64,000 nucleotides of DNA, from positions 186,001 to 250,000 of the forward strand of contig MU004246.1 of NCBI GenBank assembly GCA_010405405.1, given 5' to 3'. The stretch comes from Microthyrium microscopicum. Taxonomy: Eukaryota. Below are positions 1-13,767 of this stretch, piece by piece; within the stretch, counting starts at the first letter, position 1; the number at the start of each line of letters is the position of its first letter. A program made the position numbers and the translations under genes. Below the pieces are notes generated by a model. That model made no database searches, was not told the origin of the DNA, and saw only the letters and a program-made list of their open reading frames with translations.

Positions 1-3000
1 AGTTGTATTATAGATTTAACTAATTAGTATTTAGTAATACTATCCTTAATTAAGATTAGTATTACTAAAGGTACTAGTAAATTTATAAATACTAACTAGA
101 GTAATATAAATTTAGTATTATTTACTAGAATAAAGACTACTTAGAGGCCTAAGCTTTGCCTTATAGTATTTTTCTTAGATCCATAGAGGCATTTATACTA
201 CTTCCTCTTTACTAACTATAAATTATACTTACCTTATTTCTTATTAATCTATATTTGTTAAATTTATTAAATTAGTTCTAATTTATTAAGAAATACTATA
301 TTATTTAGCTACGTATTACTATAAGTAAGGCGCTACTTATTCCTAGTCTTAAACTAGTATTCTTAAGTAACTCTTATATTGCTTATAAACGTAGTAGCGT
401 TAGTATTTAAAGCTATTTAATTTTACTCTACTATAGCGAAAATAGCTGCTTCGCTAAGAAGCTAGTCGTCCTAAATGTAGGAACTAATTAATAGTCTATT
501 ATTACGTTAACGCTATAGTAAGAGAGTATTCTAGTAGTTAAATCTATTAAAAAGTTACCTTTATTGCTTAAAGTAGCTTTAGATAATAAAGACAAAGAAT
601 TTTTCTATTAGAATACTTAAGTTAGTATTAATATTTAATAACCTTATAAGATCGTTACTAAACTATTAACTATAGTACCTATTACGCTAGTAAGCGTAAT
701 AAAAGAGCTAAGATTAAAAGGTAAAGAGGTATTAACTTTTAGTATTATTATTAGTAGTTTACTAAATAAAGGCGTGTTAGAAGCAAGATTACCTATTAAT
801 ATTCACTACTAGTTAGAATCGCTAATACGTAAAAAAGAATCTTATAACGTTCTTATATTATTTTTACTCTACCTACCCTTAGAACTAGTAGACTTTAATA
901 GTGAAGTTACCTTACTTACTAGTATAAAGCTTTTATTTATATAGGTATTATATAAAGTAGGACTAGAGGTAGGAAAGTAGATATTAGTAGTTCTTTAGGA
1001 TAATTTTAATAATTTTATTACTCTCTAGAAATATTATATATTAATATTTAATAATAAGCATCTAGATTAATATATTAAGTTTATAGAAGAAGATTAATTC
1101 TTTAAATAATTATATACTACGTTAGCTATTAATTAAACTATAGTATTATATTATTAGTTTGCTTAAAAATTTTAAGATTAGCTAATAGAAGAATTTATAA
1201 ATATTAATATAGAAGTAGGTTAATTAGGTAAATTAGTAGATATATTATAGAAAGAGGTAGCTACTTATTAGTAAATAATAATAGATCTTAAAGCACTTAC
1301 TAGCTAAATTCACTATAATTATAAGTTAGCGCTAACTATTACTTATTTAAACGAATAAGCTATTCTTACTAAATTAGTAAAAAAGCGTAATATTAATTTA
1401 TAATATTATAAGTTAGTTATTAATCTTTACTATTAAATCTAAGAACTTAAGGATAGACTTTAGATAAATTTAAACTAAGTCTACATTAACCTAAATAATT
1501 TAAAAGATAATATCTTTTTAGGTTACTCTATACTATAAGCGATATATTTAGTAGTTTTATACTTATAGCTTTAAGCTTAAGAAATACGCTATATCTTACT
1601 ATTATTAATAGTTAATAGTAGTTTCTTAGTAATACTTATAAAGTTTAAAGAATCTAGTAATTTTAAAGATAAACTTATATACTATAAATAGTAGAAAAAG
1701 AAAATATTAAATATACTTCTTAATAAGAACGTATATCTTTATATCTTTACTAAAAAGAAGAAGATTAAGTTTATTTATATCTATTATATTAGCCCTACCT
1801 ATAGTATTATAGTTATATATAAAGGTTATAAGTTAAAAGACCTTTATAGTACTATAAAAGAGATATAGGTAGATCTAAATAAATATTATTACTTTAAGAA
1901 CGCTTTTAAAGATACTAAGGTATAGTTAAAGTCCTTAAATACTAAAATAAAAGATATAGAAGGTTTTTAAGCCTTTATTAGCTACTTCTTAATGAATTTA
2001 GTAGATATAGAATTATCTAAGCGTAAAAAGATTATTAAATTATAAGATCTTATTAATTATAAGTTTATAGACTTATTAGTAGGCTAGTATTTTAATAGCT
2101 TTATTATATTTTATACTTAACTTTATCTAGTTATACGCTAAATTAACTATAAGCCTATAGCTATAAATAATAATTCTTATAGCTATAATAATAATTAGTT
2201 TACTAATAAAGGGGCCTAAAATAATAAAATTAGTAATATTAATTATTCTATAGATGTCTTTAACGCCTTAAAAATAAATAAACGTTGCGTTTATTATAAT
2301 TAAAAGGGTCATTACTACTTTAATAAGACTACTCTATATAAAGATTAGGAATCCTTATCTAATAATAAGATTAAAGCCTTAGTTATACTTTTAGTAGTAA
2401 TGTTCGTAAAAGTTTAAAAAGAATAGTAATTCTCTATAGAGGATGTTATTAAGGATAATAACTATTAGTCTTTAAACTAGATACTTTTTTGCTAAGCTAT
2501 AAGAAGGAGCTAAATAAAATTAAAGTATATAATAAAAGAAAGAAACGCGCCTTTAACGCTATAACTAAGCGCGTAAAGAAAATATTCTATTAATATAATA
2601 AGGAATAGCGCTAAAATACTAAGAAAGCTAAGAAGATATTTCGTTAAGTAAAAAAAGACTATAAGAATATTAAAGAAAAAGCTTAAGAGAAAACTAAGAA
2701 AATACTTAGTTACCTTTATTAGTATATTTAGTACTTTAAGTATAAAGATGCTATTTATAAGGAATATATCTCTTTAGTATATTTATACGCTATTTATATC
2801 TTACTAGCCTTTATTATACTAGTAGCATAGCCTTAAGATATTAAATAGAAAGATCTTATTATTAGATTATAATAGACTACTATTAGCTTAGTATTTATAT
2901 TATAATATTTAACCTACTTTAATACTAATATTTTAATTAATACTAGTAGCGGCACAATAAGTATTATTAACCCTTATTATCTTTAATAATATAGTATTCC

Positions 3001-3799
3001 TACTTTTTAACTTATATATCTATACTTAGTAATACTTACTAATAGTAAGTTAGTATCTATAGTTAATAAAGCTACTATTCTTAACTTATATATTAAATAT
3101 TATATTAAGTAAATTAGCTATTTTATTATAAAAGTAGCCTCTTATAATCTAATCTTAAGAGCACCCTAACTAAATTAATATAAAGTTAATCTATATAAAG
3201 GTTTAAGAATATTAATCTTTTATAGCATAAAATATATTATAAATTATATTATATTATAATATTTAATTATTATAAACCTAAAAGGACGATCTATAAACTT
3301 AGAATTACCTAAAAAATTAGATATTACTTTTATATTTATAGTAGCGTTTAAAAAACTAATAAAGTATAAAGACGCTATAGTTAATATATTCTAGCCTAAA
3401 GATTTTAATAATAAAAAAGAAAAGAAACCTCTTAATAGTAATAAAGATAATAATAACAAATTTACTATAAACCTTGCTATATATATTATATTAAAGAAAG
3501 ATTATTTTAAATAGTAAGATAAGTAAGATCGCCCTTACTTATTAAAAGAGGAAATCTTAAAACTTATCTTAGAACGTTTTTATTAATATTTTAAAATCTT
3601 TAATCTAAAGCGTTTAAATATTCTTGCACCTTATTATAGTAAATATAACTACGCTATTAACCTTATTCTTAATGTTAAAATTCTAAAATACTAACTTATA
3701 TTAATATTACTAAAATAAGCCTTAGTTATTTAATAATATATTAAGAGTTTACTTTAGCGTAGTTTTATTATAAGTTTAAAATCTTAATATACTATACTT

Positions 3800-4160
3800 A
3801 TGCTTTACGTAAGTAAGCTAGGAAAAGGCATCTATGTCTATATTAATTACTATGGGTTAAATAATATTACTATTAAAAATAGTAATATTCTATTACTTAT
3901 TAGCGAGACGCTTATACGCCTTATAAAGGCAAAGTATTACTCTAAGTTTAATATTATTACTACCTTTAAACGTATCTATATTAAACTTAGAGATAAATAT
4001 AAGATAGTATTCTTAATACGCTATAGCCTATTTAAGTTTAAAGTGCTATCTTTTAGCTTTATAAGGAAACTAGGGATATTCTAAGTATATATTAATTATG
4101 CGCTAATATAGTTTTTAGATAATTTTATAATTATTTATTTAGATAATATTCTAGTATTTA
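3800..4160 (+). pseudogene. Gypsy reverse transcriptase core, RIP-inactivated
   Basis: The translation matches the RT pattern [45 protein letters not shown]..VMPFG with transition-type substitutions; the catalytic YLDD reads YLDN. Confidence 0.9.
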
Positions 4161-7080
4161 GTAAGACATTAGAAAAATACGACACTTATATATATTTAGT
4201 ACTAGACGTATTAGAACGTATAGGCTTATTCCTTAATATTAAGAAGTTAGAGTTTACTATCTAAGAGGTAAAATACCTTAGTTTAATTATTACTATAGAA
4301 AGTATTAAGATAGACTCCTTAAAGGTTAATGCTATAATTAACTAGGAATAACTAAGTTATCTTAAGAATATATAGGCGTTTCTTAAATTTACTAACTTCT
4401 ATTAATAATTTATCTTTAATTACTTTACTATAATAGTACTATTAATAAATCTTACTTAGAAGGATACTCTAGTTATATTCCTTTAAGACTCTAATAGGCT
4501 TAAAGAACAAGCTTTTAAGAAGCTAAAAGTAGACTTTATTAGTATACTAATTTTATAATACTTTAATTATACTAAGGAAACTTAAATAGAGATAGACGTA
4601 TTAGATTAGGCTTACGCTATTATATTATTATAAAAAGATATAAATAGTAATTTAAGACTAATTGCCTTCCTCTCTAAGAAAATGTTACTAGTAGAATATA
4701 ATTATAATATTTATAATAAAGAACTACTTATTATTATCTACGTTTTTAAGGAGTAGGAATTTAAGTTATTTAGCACTAAAGATATTATAAAAGTATTCTT
4801 AGATTATTAGAATCTTTAAATCTTTATAAAGACTAAGAAGCTTATACGCCATTAAATACGTTAGGCTAAATTCCTATTATAATTCTACTTTTTAATTAAA
4901 TACCACCCTAGTAAGAATAATAGCAAAGCTAACGCTTTAATCTAAAGATTATAAGACGTATTATAAAGTAATAAAGACCTATAAGTTAAGTAATAGTATT
5001 AACTACTCTTATTCTTATATTAATTTAGTACTAAACAAGCTATTAAGCTAGCTATAATCCTTATTAACCTAATTACCTTATTCTTTATATAGATAGCTAT
5101 ACTTACGTTAAATAAGCTAAATGTTATTATAGTAGGAAAGTCTAATTTAGAACTTATTATAGAGAGCTCTTAGAATAAAGCTCTAGCTAGTTTAGATAAT
5201 TTACTACTAATTAATACTAAATCCCTAGATTTTAACTTAGAGCAGTTTATATAGAAAGTAATAAAGATAAGTAAGAAAGATAAGTTACTAATTACAATTT
5301 AATTAGTAAAGGTATAAAAAGATTACTTCTTGCCCTTTAGAGTGCTAGATTAAGATTAAATTAAATTAATAGATTATAAAGCTCTGCTAAATAGTACTAT
5401 CCTTTATTAATAAAAATTATTTATACTAATAACGTATTTATAAAATAAAGTAATAAAATAGGCATATTAATATAAAGTTATAGGCTATAGAGAAACTATA
5501 ACGACCTACTACTACCTTTAATAAGATTACTAGTAGCTAAGAATGTTAGAATATATTAAGAAATATATTAAAGGTTATTACTATATCTTTTTAAAGCTAG
5601 TACGCTAAAAGAAGTAAAGGCTTCTTTATTTATTCTCTCTACTAGATTAGGCCTAGTCTAATATCTTTATAGACTTTACTATTTTACTATTATGCTATAC
5701 TTATTAGGGTATAGTTTACTAGTATATTATAGTTATTATTAATTATTTAACGTAATTATAATAGTTTATTATTTTTTTAAGTCTTTTAGTAGAAATAATA
5801 GTTATAGCATTTATTAATTAAGTATAGAAGCTATATAGTTAGCTAAACTCTATCCTTTTAGATTAAGGAACTTAATTTATATCTACTTTTTAGGGTCACC
5901 TATGTAAACGTATAGGTATTATATTAAGATTAAGTACTACATAGTATTTAGAGTCTAATAGCATTACTAAAATAACTATTACTACCTTAAAATAGTATCT
6001 TAGATTCTTTATTAATTAAGATTAGGATAATTAGGTAGCCCTATTATTATTTACTAAATTTGTAGTAAATTTTGCTATAAATATTACTACTAATTTTATA
6101 CTTTTTAAGGTATAAAATAGTTTTCTACTAAAATTAGGATTTAAGTCTACTTATTATTTACTATTTAAAGCGTCGTACGCTTTTATTATAGTGTATAAAG
6201 AAGTTATTGTTACTAATTAAGTATAGAATAGTTAAGAGAAGCTTTATAAGTTCTTAAAGGAGTAATTAGTATAGGCTTAGGCTTAATAAAAGCTTTATGC
6301 TAATAAATATTAATATTTAGTATTAGATCTTTATCCTAAGGACTAGGTATAACTTAACGTTTAAAATTATAATATAACTTATCTTTTAAAAATACTTAAT
6401 AGTAAAAGCGCTAGTTTCTTTAAGGTATTACGTAAGATTAATAAAGTAACCTATAAATTAGATCTTTCTAAATTAATAAAGATATACTTAGTATTCTATA
6501 CTTAGCTATTATATTTAATTAATAATAATATATACCTATTATAGGAATTAAACCTACCTTTAGTAGTTATTAGTAAAAAAGAAGGTAAAGAAAAATAGCT
6601 TATTAATACTATTATTAATAGTAAATAAAATAATAAAAATAAAAATAAAATACTTAAATATAAAATTAAATAAATAGGATTTTATAATAAAACTTAGTAG
6701 CCTTAGAAGAATGCTATTAATATACCTAATACTATATTAGAATTTTATAGGCTTTATCCTTAGAAGCTTAGTCTATACCCTTCTTAGTCCTTACTAGTAA
6801 ATAAAGTTAAAGAAGAAGATTATAATATTAATAGACTACTTGCGAATTAGGATTATATAGTATAAAAAGCGTTATATTTATTTATTTTATTAATAGTATT
6901 ATATCCTTAGTTTAGTTTTTAATTTACGTTACTAAAGAGATTATAGAATACTATAAACTAGCTTAAATAGATATCCTCTTCTTTATTAAATAGATTTAGA
7001 TAGTACTAAGGTAAGTAGATAGTATATTACTATATTCCTTAGTAGTAATATATATAAAGGAGTTTTATATTTATATAAAC

Positions 7081-7134
7081 TAGCCTAGCCTAGCCTAGAT
7101 TAGCCTAGATTAGACTAGAATAGATTAGATTAGG
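7081..7134 (+). repeat. Degenerate pentanucleotide microsatellite (TAGCC/TAGAT)n in the Gypsy 3' untranslated region
   Basis: tagcctagcctagcctagattagcctagattagactagaatagattagattagg. Confidence 0.8.
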
Positions 7135-7170
7135 ATATAGCCTATAAGGTCTATTTTAGAAGGAGGAAGT

Positions 7171-7397
7171 TATATAAGGAATCCTTATAGGTTTAGTATT
7201 ATAGTATTTAGATACTAAAATCTAATCCTATAGATAAGATCTCTTTATCCTATTTAGGGTTAATATATCTAAGAATATCCTAGGCTTCTACTTCTTTATA
7301 TTTATAGCTATATCTCTAGATCTCTTCTCTCTATACTTAGATCCTACAATACTAGCTACTTTCTACTCGCCTATTGCGCCCGTTAGCTCCTTATATA
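7171..7397 (+). repeat. 3' LTR of the Gypsy element (~227 bp)
   Basis: Follows purine tract agaaggaggaag (7158-7169). Perfect 10-bp inverted termini tatataagga (7171-7180) and tccttatata (7388-7397), consistent with a TG...CA LTR mutated to TA...TA. Confidence 0.75.
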
Positions 7398-10300
7398 TAT
7401 ACTAAGATAGTTCCTCTAAATTAGAGGTATCTCTAAAATAGTCTACTAAACTAAAGGAATAAGCTATAATAACTTAATATAGTAGTAATATTTCTATCTT
7501 CTAATTAAAGTAATATTAAAGATATTAGTCCTTATAAAAAATTAAATATTATTTCTAAGTATACTATATAAACTCTATAAAAAGATTACTTAAAATAGTA
7601 ATTACTAAAGATCTTTCTATAGTAGTTATATTAAAGAATAGTAATAACTAGTATATTTAGATTAACTTTATAAAATAGTAGATATATACTTTAAATATTT
7701 AGAATTATATTAATCTAAAAGGAACTAGTTTTCTTCTAAAAGAACTAGTACGCCTATTTAAAATATACTTAGTAGAACCTACTATTTCTTAAGTATCTAT
7801 AAAGAATAGTAAAGATTAACTTACTTAAATAGTAAAGTTAATTCTTACTTAAGAATATAATATTCTACTATAAATATATAATTTAAACTATTAGGAGTAC
7901 TAAGATATTAAAAACGCTATAATTAAAATTAATAACTTCCTAAATAAAATAGTATCTAAAAGTTTTTAAAACTATATTACTAATATCTTTAAGGCTTAAG
8001 ATATACTTTAAGTACTTTAGAAAGGTATTTATCTTTTCTAAATTAGTATAATCTTAAAGCTAGATAAAGAATCTAATACCTTAAGGAAAAAGTATAAATA
8101 ATAAGAACTATAACTCTAGCTAACTTACTAAATATTCCTTTAAAGAGAAAGTTCTCTTTATAATAAGGATAGAATCTTTAAAAAATAGCTTATAAATATC
8201 TTTATAGACGCTACTTAAGCTCTTTATCTTAGTACCTAGATATAGTTTACTTATTATTATATAGAAGGTAAATAACTTACTCTTTTAGAATATATTAAGA
8301 AGTATTAAATTATCTATAGTAAGGAAACTATACTAGTATTATAATCTAATATTACTTTTACTACTACTCTTAATAGAAAGACTTAAAAAGAGATATTTTA
8401 ACTTAAGAAGACTTCCTTAATTATAAATACTTATTAATCTTTTTTAATATCTAAATTATAAAGTTCTTAAAAGGATAGAAAAATAACTTCTCTTTATCTT
8501 TATAATAAGATAAAACTCTATAATAATTACTTTTATTTTTAACTTAATAAACGTCTAAATAGATAGTATTCTAACCTTAAAGTAGAAGCTAAAGTTAAAA
8601 AAAGCCTTAAGAATCCTATACTTAAAACTAAAGTTAATTATATTCTCTAAGGAGAGTAAAAATAAAAGTATAGTAATAATAACTAATTACTTAAACTAAT
8701 TAAATATATAGGTATTAGAATAGTAGTTATAAAAGTTATAATATTTATAGTAGTTAAGATATCTTCTAATAAAAGATTTATTTTAGATTCTAGAGTAGAT
8801 ATATATATTTATAATAATAAATTCTACTTTAAAATATATAAAAGTATTCTTAGTTCTTTAATTTATAGTAAGGTCTCTTTATAAGTTATAAGATATAGCA
8901 ATATAAATATTACTATTTTAGGCCTTAAAAGATACTAAATAGTTACTCTCTATAATATTACTTATATACTTAGCTTTTATAAGAATCTAGCTTCCTATTA
9001 TAAGATAAAAGCTATAGGATATTACTAAAATAATGAAATAGGCTAGATTAGATATATTAAAATAAGAAAGCTTTTAGCTAAGATTATCCTTTCTAACGTT
9101 TACTTCCTTTTTAAAAATAATCCTTACTATATCTTCCTTATAATATTATTACTTCTTTATACTTCTATAGCTTCTATATCTAAATAGTATTAATAGATAA
9201 GTTATATTAATAAAGCTATAGTATCTTATATAGAATACGCTATTAAAGGCATAAAAATTACTTTAAACGTTATCTCTTTTAGAGATACTAAAAATAATAA
9301 CTATTTCTATAAAATCTATATTAAAATAAAGTAAAAGAAATAAATCTCTTATTAACTAATAGATTTAGGCTTAAAGCTCTTTAAGAAGCTTTATATTAAT
9401 CTAATTTAGGTTAAGAAAGGCTATAATAATAATTACTAAATTATCTATGCTTACTATATTATTATAAAGTTCTATCTATTAGAAACACTTCTTTAAAAGA
9501 TATAAAAGAACTATATTTAATTTCTACGCTACGTGCTTACTATTATTAAGAATATAGGTTATAAAGTAAGTAATATTAAATATAAAGTCTTTTAAATCTA
9601 TAGAGATTATAAAGCTATAATAGGTAAGAAATAGAATAATAAGATTTAGCTAAATAGTATTATTAAAGAACTATCTATACTCTATACTACTTTATAAAAT
9701 AGTCTTATAAAAGTATTAGGATAAATCTTAATATTTATTATAAAGATACTAAAATAATATAGTAGCCTTTTAAATATATTATAGCCTAAACTTACTTACT
9801 TAGTAGTCTATCTACTTAATAGAATTCTAAAGAAGTAGCTAAACTAAAGAATATCTTTTAAGATAGTATTTAAATAAGTATTAAATCTCTTATTAGTCTA
9901 AATTATTAGCTTAAAAGCCTATATTTATAATCCTAATATTCTAAAGCTTAAGAAGCTTTAATCTTACTTAATTAAAGGCTAGCTAATAGATTATATTAGA
10001 AGTAATATCTTTAGAGTTTAGATTTTTATAAATAACTATATTATTAAAGTACGAAATATTATAATTAATAAAACTATTAAATTTAATATTATTATACTTA
10101 CTATAATTAATAACTAATTTACTAACGTATTTCTAAATATATTACTTTCTTATCTTAAAATAGATATTAGTAGTAGTATATTTAACTTATAAGAAGCTAA
10201 ATAATAGCTTAATTAAAATTAGGAAGTATAGAATAATTAATAGTAAGAATAAAATAGCTATTAGACTTCTAAAAATAATTCTAATTAACCTATATTTAAT

Positions 10301-12727
10301 AACTAGCTAATAATACTTAATCTTATATTATTACTACTATCTTAGCCTTCTTTATAATACTTAATACCCTCTATAAGTCTATTACCTATTTAAGATTATA
10401 CTAAATTAAGAAAGAATACTTTAAAAAATCTTACTCTTATAATTCTACTAGTATTACTACTAGCTACCTTAATAACTTATTTAAAATAATAATATATTAC
10501 TAAGTATAAATAAGAGATCTAAGCCTCTTAAAATATCTCTATATACGCTATAAGAAGTAGTTATATTTTATAATTCTTAAGAACTACTAATCTAGTACTT
10601 TATAAACCTTACTTTTTTACTTTATTATATTATACGTTCTCTATAGCTTTAATTTAATATTACTATAAAAGAGATATATTAGAATTACTAAAAATATAGT
10701 CTAAAATAATAAAATACTTTAATTAAGACTAGTATTTTTTAGCTATTAGAATTAAGATTAAAATACTTTAGAAATAAGGTATATTTAAAGAAGTCTATAC
10801 TCCTTAAACTAATAAGCCTATTTTATTCTTAAAGTAGGTATTCTTAAAGAAGTATAATTTAAATAGCTTTTTTCTTAAATATAAAGCTAGAATCTATATA
10901 AGAAGAAATCTATAATACTAAAATTTAGAACTAGAGATTTATATTACTACTAAAGCTTACTATATATTATATATAATTCTTACGCTAATAGCTATATTTA
11001 ATCTAGATTTTTATTAATTTAATACTATAAATACTTTTCTAAATATTATTTTAAATAAAATAGTTCTAGTTTAATACCCTAAAGGCTTTAATATCCTTAA
11101 AAAGGTCTTACTACTTTATTATACTCTCTATAAATTACTAAGATCTTTATTACTATAGTATTAGGATATAAGAGTTACCTTCTATATAATAAAGTTTAAG
11201 CCTATTCTAAAAGACTCTTACTTTTTTAAATATATTTAGTATCCTATTTTTTTCTTTTATTATATTAATAACTTTCTCCTTTTCTTACTAAAAGTATATT
11301 AAGTAAAAGTAGATAAGATAAAATATAAATTTAATATACGCTACGCTATAAGAGATTTAAGTACTTTAAAAAGCTTTCTTAATATTTAAATATTTTAAGA
11401 TTAAGCTAATTAAAAGTTTTAAATCTTATAAGACTAGTATATTAATAAAATTAATACTAAATTCTAGCTTAATATTATAAAGAAGACTAAATATATTATT
11501 TCTATTTTAAATCTTATTAAACTTATTCTAAATAAAGAATAGATATTTAAAGATTAAATCTACGCCTTCTAAATATATTATAGCTTTATAATCTACCCTA
11601 TAATAGTATATAGGTTAGATATTTATTATATAACTTTTTATTTAAGCTACTTTAATTAGAATCTTTCTAAGCTTTACTACTATAAGATTAAGAGAACTAT
11701 TCTATATTTTTAAGTAATAAAATATCTTATGCTTAAGTATTATAGAACTACTAAAGTACTTACTATTAGTAAAAAAGTATTTCTTATAGCCTATAATGCT
11801 ATATTTATAAATAATTAGAAGACTTAAAAATTAACTTAGAGCTTCTTATTTAATCTATTTAGAGAACTTATTAGCTAGTAATCTTTATAATAGAAGATAG
11901 TCTTAATATTTATAATAGAAGTAGAACTTCTATTTTTCTTAAACGCTTTAAAAAAGCTAATCTTAATCTAACGCCTCTTCTTATAGCTTAAGTTTAATCC
12001 TAATATTAAAATACTAATATTAAATAATAATACCTAAATAGTAGGTATTATAATAAAGTAGGCTTAGCTTTTATCTTCTAAATTAAAGTATATTAATATA
12101 TATTAGTTCTAGCTTTATTAAGAAGTTATAAAGAGCTATATCTTTATTAAATAGGTTCTTATAAGTAAGATACTAGTAAATAGTTTAATAAAAGCTTTCT
12201 TTTTATAAGAATATAAGAAATTTAGAAAGATACTAAATTTAGTAGATATAGAGTACTTAGTATTAGCTTAGAAAGATTCTTCTTAGAATACTATAAATAC
12301 TTTTATTACTATTATAAATTATTAAATCTTTTATATTTTTATATAAGCTAAATCTTCTATACTAAGGCTACTTAATAGTACTCTTTATTTCTTATTTTAA
12401 CTAGTTTTAATATTTTAGTAGCTTAGTCTTAGAAAACCTAAAAATTAATATTCCTTTATACTTAATACTAAGTATATCTTAAGATCTATAGGTTAGAAAC
12501 TTAAAGAGTATAATAAAAGGTTTATTCTAAACCTTAGATTTATATTAGTCTTAATCTAGGATTAAGAAGTAGAAATACTAAAATTTAGCCTTTATTAGCT
12601 ATTATATCTTTTTACCTTTTTTATCTCTTTCTATATATTACTTTTGTCTCTATTATAGCCTAAATTCTAGGCTCTAAGAAGACATGTTTTACGTCTTTAA
12701 TAGGGTATAAATACTATAGTTATTATA
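7398..12727 (+). mobile_element. RIP-degenerated Ty1/Copia LTR retrotransposon, no 5' LTR visible
   Basis: Copia order PR-INT-RT-RH: FILDS[G][A]..[H]I[C]N ~8777; pre-integrase K[W][H][Q][R][M][G][H]IN ~9182; K[W]VF ~10832; KYKARI..R[G][D]L[Q] ~10877; Y-I-N-N (=YxDD) ~11261; RNase H ..EVE ~11916, KLK[H]I[D]I ~12080 and [M][P][A][D][G]L[T]K ~12171. Confidence 0.9.
12509..12727 (+). repeat. Probable 3' LTR of the Copia element
   Basis: Follows a purine-rich stretch (aaagag). Termini tataataa (12509-12516) and ttattata (12720-12727) are reverse complements, and the end coincides with the AT/GC boundary. An 8-bp match in AT-rich DNA is weak on its own. Confidence 0.5.
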
Positions 12728-12735
12728 GTAGTTAG

Positions 12736-13767
12736 TTAATTAGATTCTTTAATGTTCCCTTCACCGATTCTGCATTCCCTAAGCTGCACGGACCGTATTC
12801 CGTCAGATTCCTCCAAGGCAAGGCGCAAGGCTGCAATACCAGCTCCCAGGGTTTTGTAGACGTATCCAACTTTGCCATCTTCATCGAGGCGCAACGGTCC
12901 CAACGGATCCAGATTGAACTCTGCTGGGTATACTTTATTGCGTGTGTGAGCAAAAAGCTCATCCATATCAAGGTCCGGGTATACTCGATCCGGAAACAAT
13001 ACGCGCTGCTTCTTCAACCAGCGGGCACACCACACCGATGCTTGCACGACGGTCCGATTGATATCACGAACGTCTACGATCAATCCTGTCACTAGTGCTC
13101 TCACCAACGCAGTCCCAATACAACATGACACAATACAGCGCGGATCTGGATGTGTTATGTTGGAGAAGTTTGCGGCAATTTCGAAGGTCTCCTCCAGAGT
13201 GTGGGAAAGACAGAGTATGCCAAGAGGATGTGTTCGCATCAGGCTCCCGTTCGGAGCGCTCTGGAAATTGTGAATATGCCACACCTGGTATGCAAAGTCT
13301 TCGGGTCGCAGGGCATATTTGTCAAATTCCAGCACTTGGGAAGTCGTTTGTCCAAGCCCCAAGGGCATTCTGTCAAGCGCTCTAGTGCCTTGCTCAGCCC
13401 ATATCCAGAGGCGGTAAGCTACATCTCGCGGATCGAGCTTCTCATTGCGCAAATACGACAGTACGATCAGAAGTGCGTGGTCGGTATCATCTGTCCAGCT
13501 TCGTTCCGGAAAGCGAGCTCGATGTTCATCTTTGAAACGAGGAGTGACTGGTGTCACCAGCGAAAACTTCGCCTCTGGATAGGCATTTCTGGCATCCTCT
13601 CTTGTCATGAACTCCGTGTAGAGACCAATGGCATCACCGAGGGCTGAACCAAAGATGCACCCAAGAGCGCGATCGTGCATTCCTTCGAGATACAATCGAT
13701 CTTTAGGATTGCTGGGAGGTTTCTCATCTGGGATGAAAGCAGTCTCGAAGTATTGCACGTACTCCAT
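12736..13767 (-). pseudogene. ADP-ribosylglycohydrolase (ARH/DraG family), C-terminally truncated at the transposon boundary
   Basis: GSALGDAIG, WTDDTD, APNGSLMR, THPDPRC and GYVYKTLG motifs are present. The frame stops (TAA 12736-12738) ~8 bp from the LTR end without the expected GGDADTN motif. The frame is open upstream to ~13917 with no ATG, so the true start is uncertain. Confidence 0.8.

Larger units (their letters stand above)
1..7397 (+). mobile_element. RIP-degenerated Ty3/Gypsy (chromovirus-type) LTR retrotransposon; 5' LTR not seen, presumably upstream of the window
   Basis: Relic motifs in Gypsy order, mentally reverting C>T/G>A: zinc knuckle ~2286 (C-V-Y-[C]..KGH); protease LI[D]T[G]S ~2933; RT ORF 3800-4084 ([26 protein letters not shown]) then YLDNILVFS (=YLDD) ~4136; RNase H NYNIYNKELL ~4700; integrase [W]SNI..DF ~5653; chromodomain-like tail ~6600-6770; purine tract and LTR. 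Strong TpA excess and many stops. Confidence 0.93.

Noticed and set aside
3800..4084. 94-aa ORF as a functional gene
   Set aside because: It is a chance stop-free fragment of the mutated Gypsy RT.
7398..7430. Weak resemblance to the start of the putative Copia LTR (12509 onward)
   Set aside because: Similarity collapses after ~28 bp and is expected by chance in AT-rich DNA.
1..12730. AT-rich block as organellar DNA, contaminant or alternative genetic code
   Set aside because: Stops fall where RIP would convert Trp/Gln/Arg codons, retroelement motifs are recognisable in order, and the block is contiguous with nuclear genes.
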